From Legionella genomosp. 1 (GTDB lineage Bacteria; Pseudomonadota; Gammaproteobacteria; Legionellales; Legionellaceae): 30,891 bases of DNA. Numbering within the stretch: the first letter of the stretch is position 1; each line of letters opens with the position of its first letter. Shown here in pieces: positions 7,201-16,219 of the stretch. Made by a program: the position numbers and the translations under genes. A model generated the notes under the pieces. That model made no database searches and was not told where the DNA came from. It worked only from the letters and a program-made list of their open reading frames with translations. The stretch is from the NCBI GenBank assembly GCA_945862275.1, contig CAMAYA010000001.1, positions 1 to 30,891 of the forward strand, written 5' to 3'.

Positions 7201-9306
7201 ATGGATGAGCTAGATAAACTGCTGAAGCCTTCTTGGGGAACGGAAAAATGGATCCTTGAAGGGTGGAATAAAATCACCCATGATGAAAAAATGACTATCA
7301 ACGTTCGAGTGAAGGACTTATTTAAAGATGGCCTTCCTTTTGTGGTAGAACACGACAAGTTGCTTTATATATATGTATTTTCTTTGATGGCGCAACTGGA
7401 GGTTTTGGGCATTCAATTGCCGCTGCGATTTGAAGATAAAATGCAAAATCCAGTATTTAAAAAACGGATGCGCGCTCAATTAGTGGATGAGATTTTTCAT
7501 GCCATCGTGTTTACTAAAGTCGCCTTTTTATTATGTGCCCCATACGACTCACCCCCTGCTTATACTGAACAGATTGACAGGCTCTGCCAGTTTTTTCGAT
7601 CGCAAGATTGCATTAAAGTATCCATGGTGGTCATGAACTTAGTGTGCGAGGGATTGGTTGAAGAGGTTTTCTCGACGTTACACAAGCAAAATATTGCGCC
7701 AGAATTGTTTGCAATGATAATGGAAGACGAGCATCGTCATGTTTGTGAAGCGGATTTGTATGCTGCATTGGGACTACCCGACCGAACTGTATTGGCCGAG
7801 GCACTTCTCTCGTTAGAGGAACTTCTCATTGCGGCATTTACCTTCCAGCCAAAATATACCATAGCACTCAGCGCATTGTTAGGCCCGCAGGGAACCGCTG
7901 CCTTTATTGTATCGATTCATGAAAAATACACACAGCAGCTCAAAAAAATAAACATGGTTCCTAGTGAGAAATGGGAAATCTTTTTTTCTGTAGCCCCTAA
8001 TGTTTATGCCGAGATCGAACCTTATTCCGAGGAATTGAATACAGAGGCCAACCTGGAGATCTATGAAGTTGAAATGACGCCGACCAGAAAAGCCCTGATG
8101 ACGCAGTTGAGTGTTCCGGGCGACCCAACCATGGTTGCTCAATTTAACATGGATATCAGTGATTTTTGTTTTTTTGAAGAAAAATATCCTAGCGATACGT
8201 TGACTGTCTTGATGATGCAGTCTGTTAGCCGCGTATTGGAATCTCATGCATCTTTTCGTCATTTTATAAGCTATAAAAAACTGTACATAAGCCGAGGGGC
8301 TTATGTATCCGTGGTGGAAAAATTACCTGATTGTGGAGATCATATCGGTACTGTTTCTTTTAAAGATTGCCATGAAATGACCACCCAAGAGCTCTCGATC
8401 AAAATCAAGCGCGCCGTGCAAATGATGGTATATTGTTTCAAAAAACGTGAACAAATTGAAAAAGAGCACCCAGAACTGAAGCGTCGTTTAGACGACATGC
8501 TCTATGATTCTGCACACGATATATATCCTTGCCCCACTCCAGGAAGCCATGGGGTTTATTTAAGCAATCTTGGGTTGTACGGCTACACACAAGCGATATC
8601 TCCTCTACTAAAGCAAACCGGCTTGCATATTTTATTACTAGCAGTCGAGCGAAAACCCGTTTGGAATAATGCCACGCAGTCGTTTGTAGCAAAAGACTTA
8701 TTACCGGTTTCTATTAGTGCAGACAATCGCATTTTTGACGGTATGTTGCCTATTCCTGACTTGCTAAACAAGGCATTTCAAACGGCATTTCAGGAGATGA
8801 AAGAGCGAATCGAAGATCCGTTAATGGATAAAGAAACAACAGAAAGCAACCGTTATAGAAAAAGAATTGACCAAATAGCTGACGAAATGCTTGCCAAAAG
8901 GGATAGTGCTAAAGGCGGGTTAATAATCGCTCACCTTATTAATAAAAACAAAAATGCGGCGTTCAAAGAAGTGAGAAGGGTATTCGGAGATGATTTACAG
9001 GTCTATGGTGAACCATTAACCATGCATTCTGATTATAAAAATATTGCTGATAACCTGTTACTTGATTATTTGGGATTTAATGCAGACGAGGCTGCGAGAG
9101 ACGCTAATTTCACAAAAATAGTGGATAAAATGCTATCTGAAAACCTAGAGTTGGGGTATCGCGTGTTGGCCGGCTTGCAAAACGTATGGGTTGATTACAT
9201 TGATATTGAAACCGTATTTAACTCGGCTTATAAAAAAATAGCCGGCTCACGGCTGGGCCGATTGGCCCCGCTTATTCCTAACATTGTGCGACGCGAATTA
9301 AGCTGA
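7201..9306 (+). CDS. Fusion protein: ferritin-like di-iron domain + 2-oxoacid dehydrogenase E2-type acyltransferase catalytic domain + helical C-terminal extension
   Basis: Di-iron ligand pattern E67, D96-E97-x-x-H100, E150, D176-E177-x-x-H180. E2-like motifs MTPTRKAL, YLSNLGLYG, VERKPVW and ISADNRIFDG (canonical DHRxxDG). No lipoyl domain. Confidence 0.8.
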   Translation: MDELDKLLKPSWGTEKWILEGWNKITHDEKMTINVRVKDLFKDGLPFVVEHDKLLYIYVFSLMAQLEVLGIQLPLRFEDKMQNPVFKKRMRAQLVDEIFHAIVFTKVAFLLCAPYDSPPAYTEQIDRLCQFFRSQDCIKVSMVVMNLVCEGLVEEVFSTLHKQNIAPELFAMIMEDEHRHVCEADLYAALGLPDRTVLAEALLSLEELLIAAFTFQPKYTIALSALLGPQGTAAFIVSIHEKYTQQLKKINMVPSEKWEIFFSVAPNVYAEIEPYSEELNTEANLEIYEVEMTPTRKALMTQLSVPGDPTMVAQFNMDISDFCFFEEKYPSDTLTVLMMQSVSRVLESHASFRHFISYKKLYISRGAYVSVVEKLPDCGDHIGTVSFKDCHEMTTQELSIKIKRAVQMMVYCFKKREQIEKEHPELKRRLDDMLYDSAHDIYPCPTPGSHGVYLSNLGLYGYTQAISPLLKQTGLHILLLAVERKPVWNNATQSFVAKDLLPVSISADNRIFDGMLPIPDLLNKAFQTAFQEMKERIEDPLMDKETTESNRYRKRIDQIADEMLAKRDSAKGGLIIAHLINKNKNAAFKEVRRVFGDDLQVYGEPLTMHSDYKNIADNLLLDYLGFNADEAARDANFTKIVDKMLSENLELGYRVLAGLQNVWVDYIDIETVFNSAYKKIAGSRLGRLAPLIPNIVRRELS

Positions 9307-9310
9307 GCCT

Positions 9311-9943
9311 CTATTGTTTCATGCCATCACTGCGTGGAGCGATTTGTTTTGGGGGCGAGGGCGCATCGACCCATTGTATTTCTATCCGGCGGTTGAACGC
9401 ACTGCCATGAATCAGTTGGTTATCGGCAATAGGGTGTCGGTCTCCAAATCCCTCGCCCTTTAGGCGTTTGGCACGAATGTCATTTGCCCAAAGAAACGTG
9501 AGCATGGTTTCCGCTTGTGCGTCTGAGAGTTGTTTTTTACGGAAACGTGGGCCTACATTATCTGTAAATGCGGCTACATAAATGTCGCTACAGGGATATA
9601 AATTTAACAGCTTCACGATGTTGTTAAGGCCTTCATAACAAATGTCATTTAATAGCGGGCTATTGAATTCAAAATAATGATCAGTCGGCACGATGAGTGT
9701 AACCGTGTCCCCGTACCGAACATACTCGATGTCATTTTTATTGAGATCTCTAATAATCGACTCAAGGCCAACGCCAACACCGACATAGCCACCCACAGCA
9801 CCTGCAGTCCGTTTTAATGGGTGTGCTTGGGGTCTGAAATCATTGAATGGAGGATGAAAATGAGCCTTATTTGTGCAACCAAGGAGCATCAAGGAAAGTA
9901 GACCCACAAAGGTCATATGGCGAGCATACAGTTTCATTGGCAT
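9311..9943 (-). CDS. cmpA: OmpA-family lipoprotein, Legionella CmpA-like
   Basis: Lipobox LLGC; OmpA C-terminal domain (AFTDNVG, LSDAQA, GEGFGDRHPIADN, NRRIEI); YGDTVTLIVPTDHYF and ICYEGLNN match my recollection of CmpA. SD AGGAG at 9949-9953 favours ATG 9943; 9946 and 9937 are possible. Confidence 0.8.
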   Translation of the reverse strand: MPMKLYARHMTFVGLLSLMLLGCTNKAHFHPPFNDFRPQAHPLKRTAGAVGGYVGVGVGLESIIRDLNKNDIEYVRYGDTVTLIVPTDHYFEFNSPLLNDICYEGLNNIVKLLNLYPCSDIYVAAFTDNVGPRFRKKQLSDAQAETMLTFLWANDIRAKRLKGEGFGDRHPIADNQLIHGSAFNRRIEIQWVDAPSPPKQIAPRSDGMKQ

Positions 9944-10022
9944 CATCACTCCTGAAGTTTGTAACCATTATTCAGCATCTGTTCTGATTACGCAATCAGC
10001 GGCTGAGGGTTGCACGCTGAAA

Positions 10023-10051
10023 TTGCATTACAAAGGGACTACTGGTATGAT
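10023..10051 (+). promoter_or_regulatory. Putative sigma70 promoter of kup
   Basis: TTGCAT (10023-10028), 17-bp spacer, TATGAT (10046-10051) with extended -10 TG at 10043-10044. Confidence 0.6.
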
Positions 10052-10082
10052 TTTTTATATGTTATAAACCAGGAGCATCTCC

Positions 10083-11972
10083 TTGAGCGCAACGGATAAT
10101 ATGGCTTCCCAATCCCTTCCATCGCTCTCACTGGCAGCCCTTGGTGTGGTGTATGGTGATATTGGAACGAGTCCGTTGTATGCCCTTCGAGAATCATTAG
10201 GCGATGTGCCGATTAATTTAATTGATGTCCTGGGTGTTCTATCGCTTATTTTTTGGTCGCTTATTCTCGTCATTTCCGTTAAATACCTGGTTCTTTTGTT
10301 AACGGCCGACAATGATGGAGAGGGCGGTATTCTTGCGCTATCGGCACTCATTAAACGCAAAAACGCCAATCCTTCGAAGTTGTTTATGATCATTGGCATT
10401 TTAGGTGCCGGCCTGATGCTGGGGGATGGCATGTTAACACCGGCCATTTCCGTGATCAGTGCACTGGAGGGTGTCAATGTGTTCGCGCCGGTGTTTTCCT
10501 CGTGGATTATTCCCTTTACGTGCATTGTGCTGTTTTTTGTGTTTTTCATGCAATCCGTGGGGACCGCAAAAATAGGTGTTATCTTTGGTCCGATTATATT
10601 CATTTGGTTCTGTACCATCGCGATTTTAGGCGGGATTCATATTGTTCATAATCCCGTTGTATTGAATGCAATCAATCCATATTATGCGTTTGAGTTTTTT
10701 TATCAAAATGGTTGGCGGGGCTACGCACTCTTAGGTGGCGTATTCTTGGTTATGACCGGTGGCGAGGCCCTTTATGCTGACTTAGGGCATTTTGGTAAAG
10801 CGCCCATTCGTTTAACGTGGTTTATTTTGGTATTGCCGTGTTTGTTGTTGAGTTATTTTGGCCAAGGGGCGTATTTATTAGAGCACCCTGAGGCGCTTGC
10901 AAATCCGTTTTACATGTTAGCACCCGATTGGCTGGTCATTCCACTGGTTGTACTGGCGACGATGGCCACGATCATTGCATCACAAGCGGTGATCTCAGCG
11001 ACATTCTCCCTGACGAAGCAAGCCGTTCTATTAGGCCTTTATCCGCACCTACCCATTGTTCAAACATCAGGCTTTCAACGTGGGCAAATCTATATTCCGC
11101 AAATGAATTTAATTTTGGCCATCGGTACATTGGTATTGGTTCTCACGTTTAAAAATGCAAATGCACTGACGCATGCGTATGGTATTGCGGTGAATTTGGT
11201 CATGATGTTAACCAGTATGTTGGTGATTTATCTCGTGATTCACAATTGGCGTTGGAATCCTATCGCAGTCATTGGTTTGTGCTTATTCTTAGGGATTATT
11301 GATACCGCATTTTTAGGCGCTAATTTACAAAAACTCATGACCGGCGGGTGGGTGCCTATTGTGTTTGCCACAGCGTGCGCGTTTATCATGTATACATGGG
11401 AGATGGGGCGGCGTTATTTGCATCAAACATACTACATGAAAAAAGAAGCGTTTTCAAAAATATTAAAGCAGTTGGACTATAAGAGCATCAATCACCTCCC
11501 TGATTCGTTGGCTATCTTTATTACGGATATTTATGACAACAGCGGCGGCAGTTTCCTGCATTTTTTAAAGTTAAATCGAACCCTTCCGGAGCATATTTTA
11601 ATTCTCAATTACACGGTTGAAAACATCCCCTATGTGTCAACAGCCGACCGGTTCCAGATCAGTTGTTTAAAAAGCAATATTTGCGATTTAACTTTGCACT
11701 ATGGATTTATGGATACTATATCCATTCCTCAAGCATTGTATGTGGCCAACGACCGCAATTTGCTCCCGTTTCCCGTGGATATTGACACGGCCATGTATTT
11801 TATTGAAATTCCGAATGTTGTTGCCTCTCGTAAATACCGCACAATGTGGTTTTTCTGGCAAGAAAAATTATTTTCTTTTTTAGTGCGAAATTATTCCGTA
11901 AACTTAAATATTGATTTTTATCAATTGCCTTATAATCGAACAGTTGCCATTGGGACGTATTACGTGATTTAG
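10083..11972 (+). CDS. kup: KUP/HAK/KT potassium uptake protein
   Basis: GVVYGDIGTSPLYA, DNDGEGG, GDGMLTPAISV, TGGEALYADLGHFG, SQAVIS, AYGIAV; SD AGGAG 6 nt before TTG 10083. Confidence 0.96.
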   Translation: MSATDNMASQSLPSLSLAALGVVYGDIGTSPLYALRESLGDVPINLIDVLGVLSLIFWSLILVISVKYLVLLLTADNDGEGGILALSALIKRKNANPSKLFMIIGILGAGLMLGDGMLTPAISVISALEGVNVFAPVFSSWIIPFTCIVLFFVFFMQSVGTAKIGVIFGPIIFIWFCTIAILGGIHIVHNPVVLNAINPYYAFEFFYQNGWRGYALLGGVFLVMTGGEALYADLGHFGKAPIRLTWFILVLPCLLLSYFGQGAYLLEHPEALANPFYMLAPDWLVIPLVVLATMATIIASQAVISATFSLTKQAVLLGLYPHLPIVQTSGFQRGQIYIPQMNLILAIGTLVLVLTFKNANALTHAYGIAVNLVMMLTSMLVIYLVIHNWRWNPIAVIGLCLFLGIIDTAFLGANLQKLMTGGWVPIVFATACAFIMYTWEMGRRYLHQTYYMKKEAFSKILKQLDYKSINHLPDSLAIFITDIYDNSGGSFLHFLKLNRTLPEHILILNYTVENIPYVSTADRFQISCLKSNICDLTLHYGFMDTISIPQALYVANDRNLLPFPVDIDTAMYFIEIPNVVASRKYRTMWFFWQEKLFSFLVRNYSVNLNIDFYQLPYNRTVAIGTYYVI

Positions 11973-12928
11973 GGGGCGGCCAAATACGTCATCAACAATG
12001 AAGTGGCCAATTTCGCTGTTTGTCCATTGATATCGTGTTTAGGTGACAATTCAACCGTCTCAAGGCTTATTACCTTTCCAGACGTCTTTAACCGTTTTAA
12101 TGCATTGACAACATACGTGGCGGCAATGCCCAGTGATTGCGGTGCACTAACGCCAGGTGCAATGGCTGCATTAAATACATCTAAACAGATGGATACATAA
12201 ATGTGTTCATGTGTGTCGATGATGTGTTCAATAAAACGCAAGTCATATGGAGTAGCATCTATTTTTTCAGCCAATAAATAATGGACGCCATATGCATGGG
12301 CACTATCGAATGCGCTTTTCGTATTTGAAAAGGGTTGAATCCCTGCGCAATAATAATGAAAGGGCTTTTCTTGTGCGTGCAATGCATCATGGATTTGGCG
12401 AAAAGGGGTGCCTGAGCTGCCGAATTGACCGTCAATTAAGGGCCTTAAATCGAAGTGGGCATCAAAATTAAGGATGGCAATGTCTTTGTTCTGATAGTGA
12501 CGAGTCACCCCTTGAAAATGCCCCCAGGCGGTTTCATGCCCGCCGCCAATCAAAATGGGTGTTAACTGATGCGATAAAATGCGAGCGACTTGAACGCTCA
12601 GTTCGGTTTGTGCGGCTTCTAAATCATCCTTAGGGCATGTGACGTTTCCGGCATCATATAGATTGAATGGGGCGTGCACTGGGAATTTAGCCAGCGCGCG
12701 CCGAAATGCGGCAGGCCCTTCTTTAGCGCCTGGGTTGCCTAAATTTCTGCTAACACCGGCGTCTGATTCAAATCCTAATAGGGCATAGCCATTGAATGGA
12801 TTGATTGTTGTTTGGGTTAGATTTAGATCTAGAAATTGAATGGTTTGGTATATGTACTCATCCGCCAAAGCATCGAGTCGTCCAGACCAGATGCTCCTGT
12901 CTGTCATTGGGGTATATAAAGAGACCAT
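11969..12928 (-). CDS. hutG: Formimidoylglutamase (arginase family)
   Basis: GGGHETAWG, NFDAHFDLR, SSGTPF, ICLDVF..APGVSAP; adjacent to hutUHI. Start may be ATG 12907. Confidence 0.92.
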   Translation of the reverse strand: MVSLYTPMTDRSIWSGRLDALADEYIYQTIQFLDLNLTQTTINPFNGYALLGFESDAGVSRNLGNPGAKEGPAAFRRALAKFPVHAPFNLYDAGNVTCPKDDLEAAQTELSVQVARILSHQLTPILIGGGHETAWGHFQGVTRHYQNKDIAILNFDAHFDLRPLIDGQFGSSGTPFRQIHDALHAQEKPFHYYCAGIQPFSNTKSAFDSAHAYGVHYLLAEKIDATPYDLRFIEHIIDTHEHIYVSICLDVFNAAIAPGVSAPQSLGIAATYVVNALKRLKTSGKVISLETVELSPKHDINGQTAKLATSLLMTYLAAP

Positions 12929-13034
12929 GGTTTTATTCTAACTCGGTGCTAACATCAATAAATTTTATGATGAATGCCTTGTTATTGCCATTCAAATCGC
13001 TTAATAATTTGTAATCAATAGAAAAGGATTTCAT

Positions 13035-14696
13035 GTGGCGAATGCTCCGACAATAAAAGCACCGACAGGCACAACCCTTCATGCTAAATCATGGTTAACA
13101 GAAGCCCCTTTAAGAATGCTGATGAATAACCTGGATCCAGATGTGGCTGAGCACCCGGAGACGTTGGTGGTGTATGGTGGTATTGGCAAGGCGGCTCGAA
13201 ATTGGGCGTGTTACGAGCAAATCATTGCTTCGTTGAAATCGTTGGAAGACGATGAAACCTTGTTGATTCAATCCGGAAAACCCGTGGGCATTTTTAAAAC
13301 CCACAGGGATGCGCCGCGGGTATTAATTGCTAATTCTAATCTGGTTCCGCATTGGGCCACCTGGACGCATTTTCATGCGCTAGATAAAGCGGGCTTGATG
13401 ATGTACGGGCAAATGACGGCAGGCTCGTGGATCTATATTGGTACACAAGGGATTGTACAAGGCACCTATGAAACCTTTATGGAAATGGGGCGCCAACATT
13501 ATGCGGGTGATCTATCAGGTAAATGGATTTTAACGGCAGGTTTGGGCGGGATGGGAGGTGCGCAACCTCTGGCGGCCGTCATGGCGGGTGCCTGCATGTT
13601 GGCCATTGATTGCGATGAAACGCGACTCGATTTTCGGTTAAAAACCCATTATCTGGATTATAAATCGACGAACTTGAATGAGGCCTTGCAGTTGATTCAA
13701 CAAGCATGCCTTGTCAAAAAGGCCATTTCAGTGGGACTCTTGGGCAATGCTGCAGAATTATTGCCTGAATTGGTTTTACGCGGTATCCGGCCTGATGCAG
13801 TGACGGATCAAACCAGCGCACATGATCCACTCAATGGGTATTTGCCCATTGGCTGGACCATGGAATATGCGCATCAACAACGCATTGAAAATCCAGAATT
13901 AGTAATAAAAAAAGCGAAAGAGTCGATGGCGGTTCACGTGAAGGCTCTGTTGCATTTTCATCAACAAGGGATCCCAACATTTGATTATGGCAATAATATT
14001 CGTCAAATGGCCTTGGAGGAAGGTGTTACCCATGCCTTCGATTTCCCAGGCTTTGTGCCCGCTTATATTAGACCATTATTTTGTGAAGGCATCGGGCCTT
14101 TTCGATGGGTCGCGTTATCGGGTGATCCAGATGATATTTATAAAACCGATGAAATGGTGAAGGCATTATTGCCTGACAATATACGCGTACACCGTTGGTT
14201 GGATGAGGCACGAAAAAAGATTGATTTTCAAGGCTTGCCCGCTAGAATTTGTTGGCTTGGATTAGGTGATCGGGCCAAAATAGGACTGGCGTTTAATGAG
14301 ATGGTGAAGACGGGTGAACTCAAGGCGCCGATTGTAATCGGTCGGGATCATTTAGACGCAGGTTCTGTGGCCAGTCCCAATCGCGAGACAGAGGCGATGC
14401 AAGATGGATCGGATGCTGTGTCGGATTGGCCCTTGCTGAATGCCTTGTTAAATACAGCCAGTGGTGCCACCTGGGTCAGCTTGCATCATGGCGGTGGTGT
14501 GGGCATGGGGTTTTCTCAGCATGCGGGCATGGTGATTGTTGCGGATGGAACCATCGATGCGGCCGCTAGGCTGCAACGGGTTTTAACCAATGATCCAGCC
14601 ACTGGTGTGATGCGTCATGCGGATGCGGGATATCAGCGTGCCATTGATTGCGCGAAAGAACGTCATCTTAAACTGCCGATGCTGGGAGAGAAGTGA
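13035..14696 (+). CDS. hutU: Urocanate hydratase
   Basis: [60 protein letters not shown]; GTG start after SD AAAGGA. Confidence 0.97.
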   Translation: MANAPTIKAPTGTTLHAKSWLTEAPLRMLMNNLDPDVAEHPETLVVYGGIGKAARNWACYEQIIASLKSLEDDETLLIQSGKPVGIFKTHRDAPRVLIANSNLVPHWATWTHFHALDKAGLMMYGQMTAGSWIYIGTQGIVQGTYETFMEMGRQHYAGDLSGKWILTAGLGGMGGAQPLAAVMAGACMLAIDCDETRLDFRLKTHYLDYKSTNLNEALQLIQQACLVKKAISVGLLGNAAELLPELVLRGIRPDAVTDQTSAHDPLNGYLPIGWTMEYAHQQRIENPELVIKKAKESMAVHVKALLHFHQQGIPTFDYGNNIRQMALEEGVTHAFDFPGFVPAYIRPLFCEGIGPFRWVALSGDPDDIYKTDEMVKALLPDNIRVHRWLDEARKKIDFQGLPARICWLGLGDRAKIGLAFNEMVKTGELKAPIVIGRDHLDAGSVASPNRETEAMQDGSDAVSDWPLLNALLNTASGATWVSLHHGGGVGMGFSQHAGMVIVADGTIDAAARLQRVLTNDPATGVMRHADAGYQRAIDCAKERHLKLPMLGEK

Positions 14697-16219
14697 TGTT
14701 TGAATTAAATCCTGGCGAATTGACATTGCACGATATCAGCATGCTATTAAATACCAATACACCCATTCAATTAGCGGCCAGTGCAGATGATAAGATTGAC
14801 GCGGCATACCGTGTGGTTCAAATAATCGCAGGCCAAGAAAAATCAGTCTATGGGATTAATACGGGTTTTGGATTGTTGGCACACACGAAAATCGCTCAAG
14901 AGGATTTGAAAGATCTTCAGCGACGCATCGTACTATCTCATGCAGCGGGCGTTGGTGCACCGTTGGATGATGACACAGTGAAGCTCATTCTATTATTGAA
15001 AATAAACAGCCTGTCACGGGGGTATTCCGGCGTATCCAGATCCTTGATTGATCAGTTGATTGCTGTGTATAACGCGGAAATTTATCCTGTCATTCCGGAC
15101 CAGGGATCGGTTGGCGCATCGGGTGATCTGGCACCGCTGGCGCATCTAGCCATGGTCTTGATTTGAGAAGGGGAGGCGTGCTTGCAAGGCGAGCGCCTGA
15201 GCGCGACCGTTGCATTGTCGCGTAGCCGCATCAAGCCGATTGCGTTAGGTGAAAAAGAAGGGCTTGCGTTATTAAACGGCACGCAAGTGTCCACGGCCAT
15301 TGCAATAATAGGACTACTGAAAACCCAGCGAAATTTTGCCATTGGCACGATAGCCGGTGCGCTGAGCTTGGACGCCGCGGCGGCAAGCCTTAAACCGTTT
15401 AGCGCTTTGATTGCGAGTGTTAAGAATAACCATGGACAGGTTTTATTTTCAGCTTTGATTGAACATTTATTGCGTGGGAGTGCAATTCAGCGTGACCATG
15501 AGCGATGCATGCGAGTGCAAGATCCTTATTCCTTGCGTTGCCAGCCGCAAGTAATGGGCGCTGTGTGGTCCTATTTGCAGGATAGCCAAACGCATTTAAT
15601 GAATGAAGCGAATGCTGTTTCTGATAATCCTTTGATTTGTATTGAAACAGGGGAGGCGATTTCAGGCGGGAATTTTCATGCAGAAATCACGGCGTTTAGT
15701 GCGGATTTATTGGCCATCATTGGTTCGGAAATCGGAGCGATATCAGAACGTCGGATCGCATTGTTGATGGACAGCCACCTCAGTGGATTGCCGCCATTTT
15801 TAGTGAACAACTCAGGCCTGAATTCAGGCTTTATGCTAGCACAAGTGACAGCAGCGGCCCTTGCGAGTGAAAACAAAACCTATGCACATCCGGCGTCTGT
15901 AGACAGCTTGCCGACTTCGGCCAATCAAGAAGATCACGTGAGCATGGCGACCTTTGCTGGGGTAAAATTAAACAAAGTAGCGGATAATGTCTTGCATATT
16001 TTAACGATTGAAACGCTAGCAGCCTGCCAAGGCATCGATTTCAGAGTGCCACTTCATACTTCACCTGCTATGCAGTGCTATGTTGATGCCGTGCGCGCCA
16101 AAGTACCGTTTTATCACGAAGACCGTTATTTTGGGCATGATCTGTCTGAAGCCCACTCCCTCATTCGTCAATACACGTATTATGGTGCGGTTTATGAGCA
16201 ATTATTCCATGCCATATGA
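14696..16219 (+). pseudogene. hutH: Histidine ammonia-lyase interrupted by an in-frame TGA at 15164-15166
   Basis: ORFs 14693-15166 and 15182-16219 are in the same frame and joined give 507 codons. [11 protein letters not shown]-forming [29 protein letters not shown] and SANQEDHVSM are all present. The stop replaces the Gly of the conserved L-x-G-E-G-E motif (LI*EGEA). Confidence 0.9.

Noticed and set aside
15164-15166. TGA recoded as Gly, Trp or selenocysteine
   Set aside because: TGA ends several genes here at their expected positions, and the aligned residue is Gly, not Cys.
15182-16219. Two separate ordinary genes at 14693-15166 and 15182-16219
   Set aside because: They are in the same frame and colinear with one HutH; reported as one interrupted gene.
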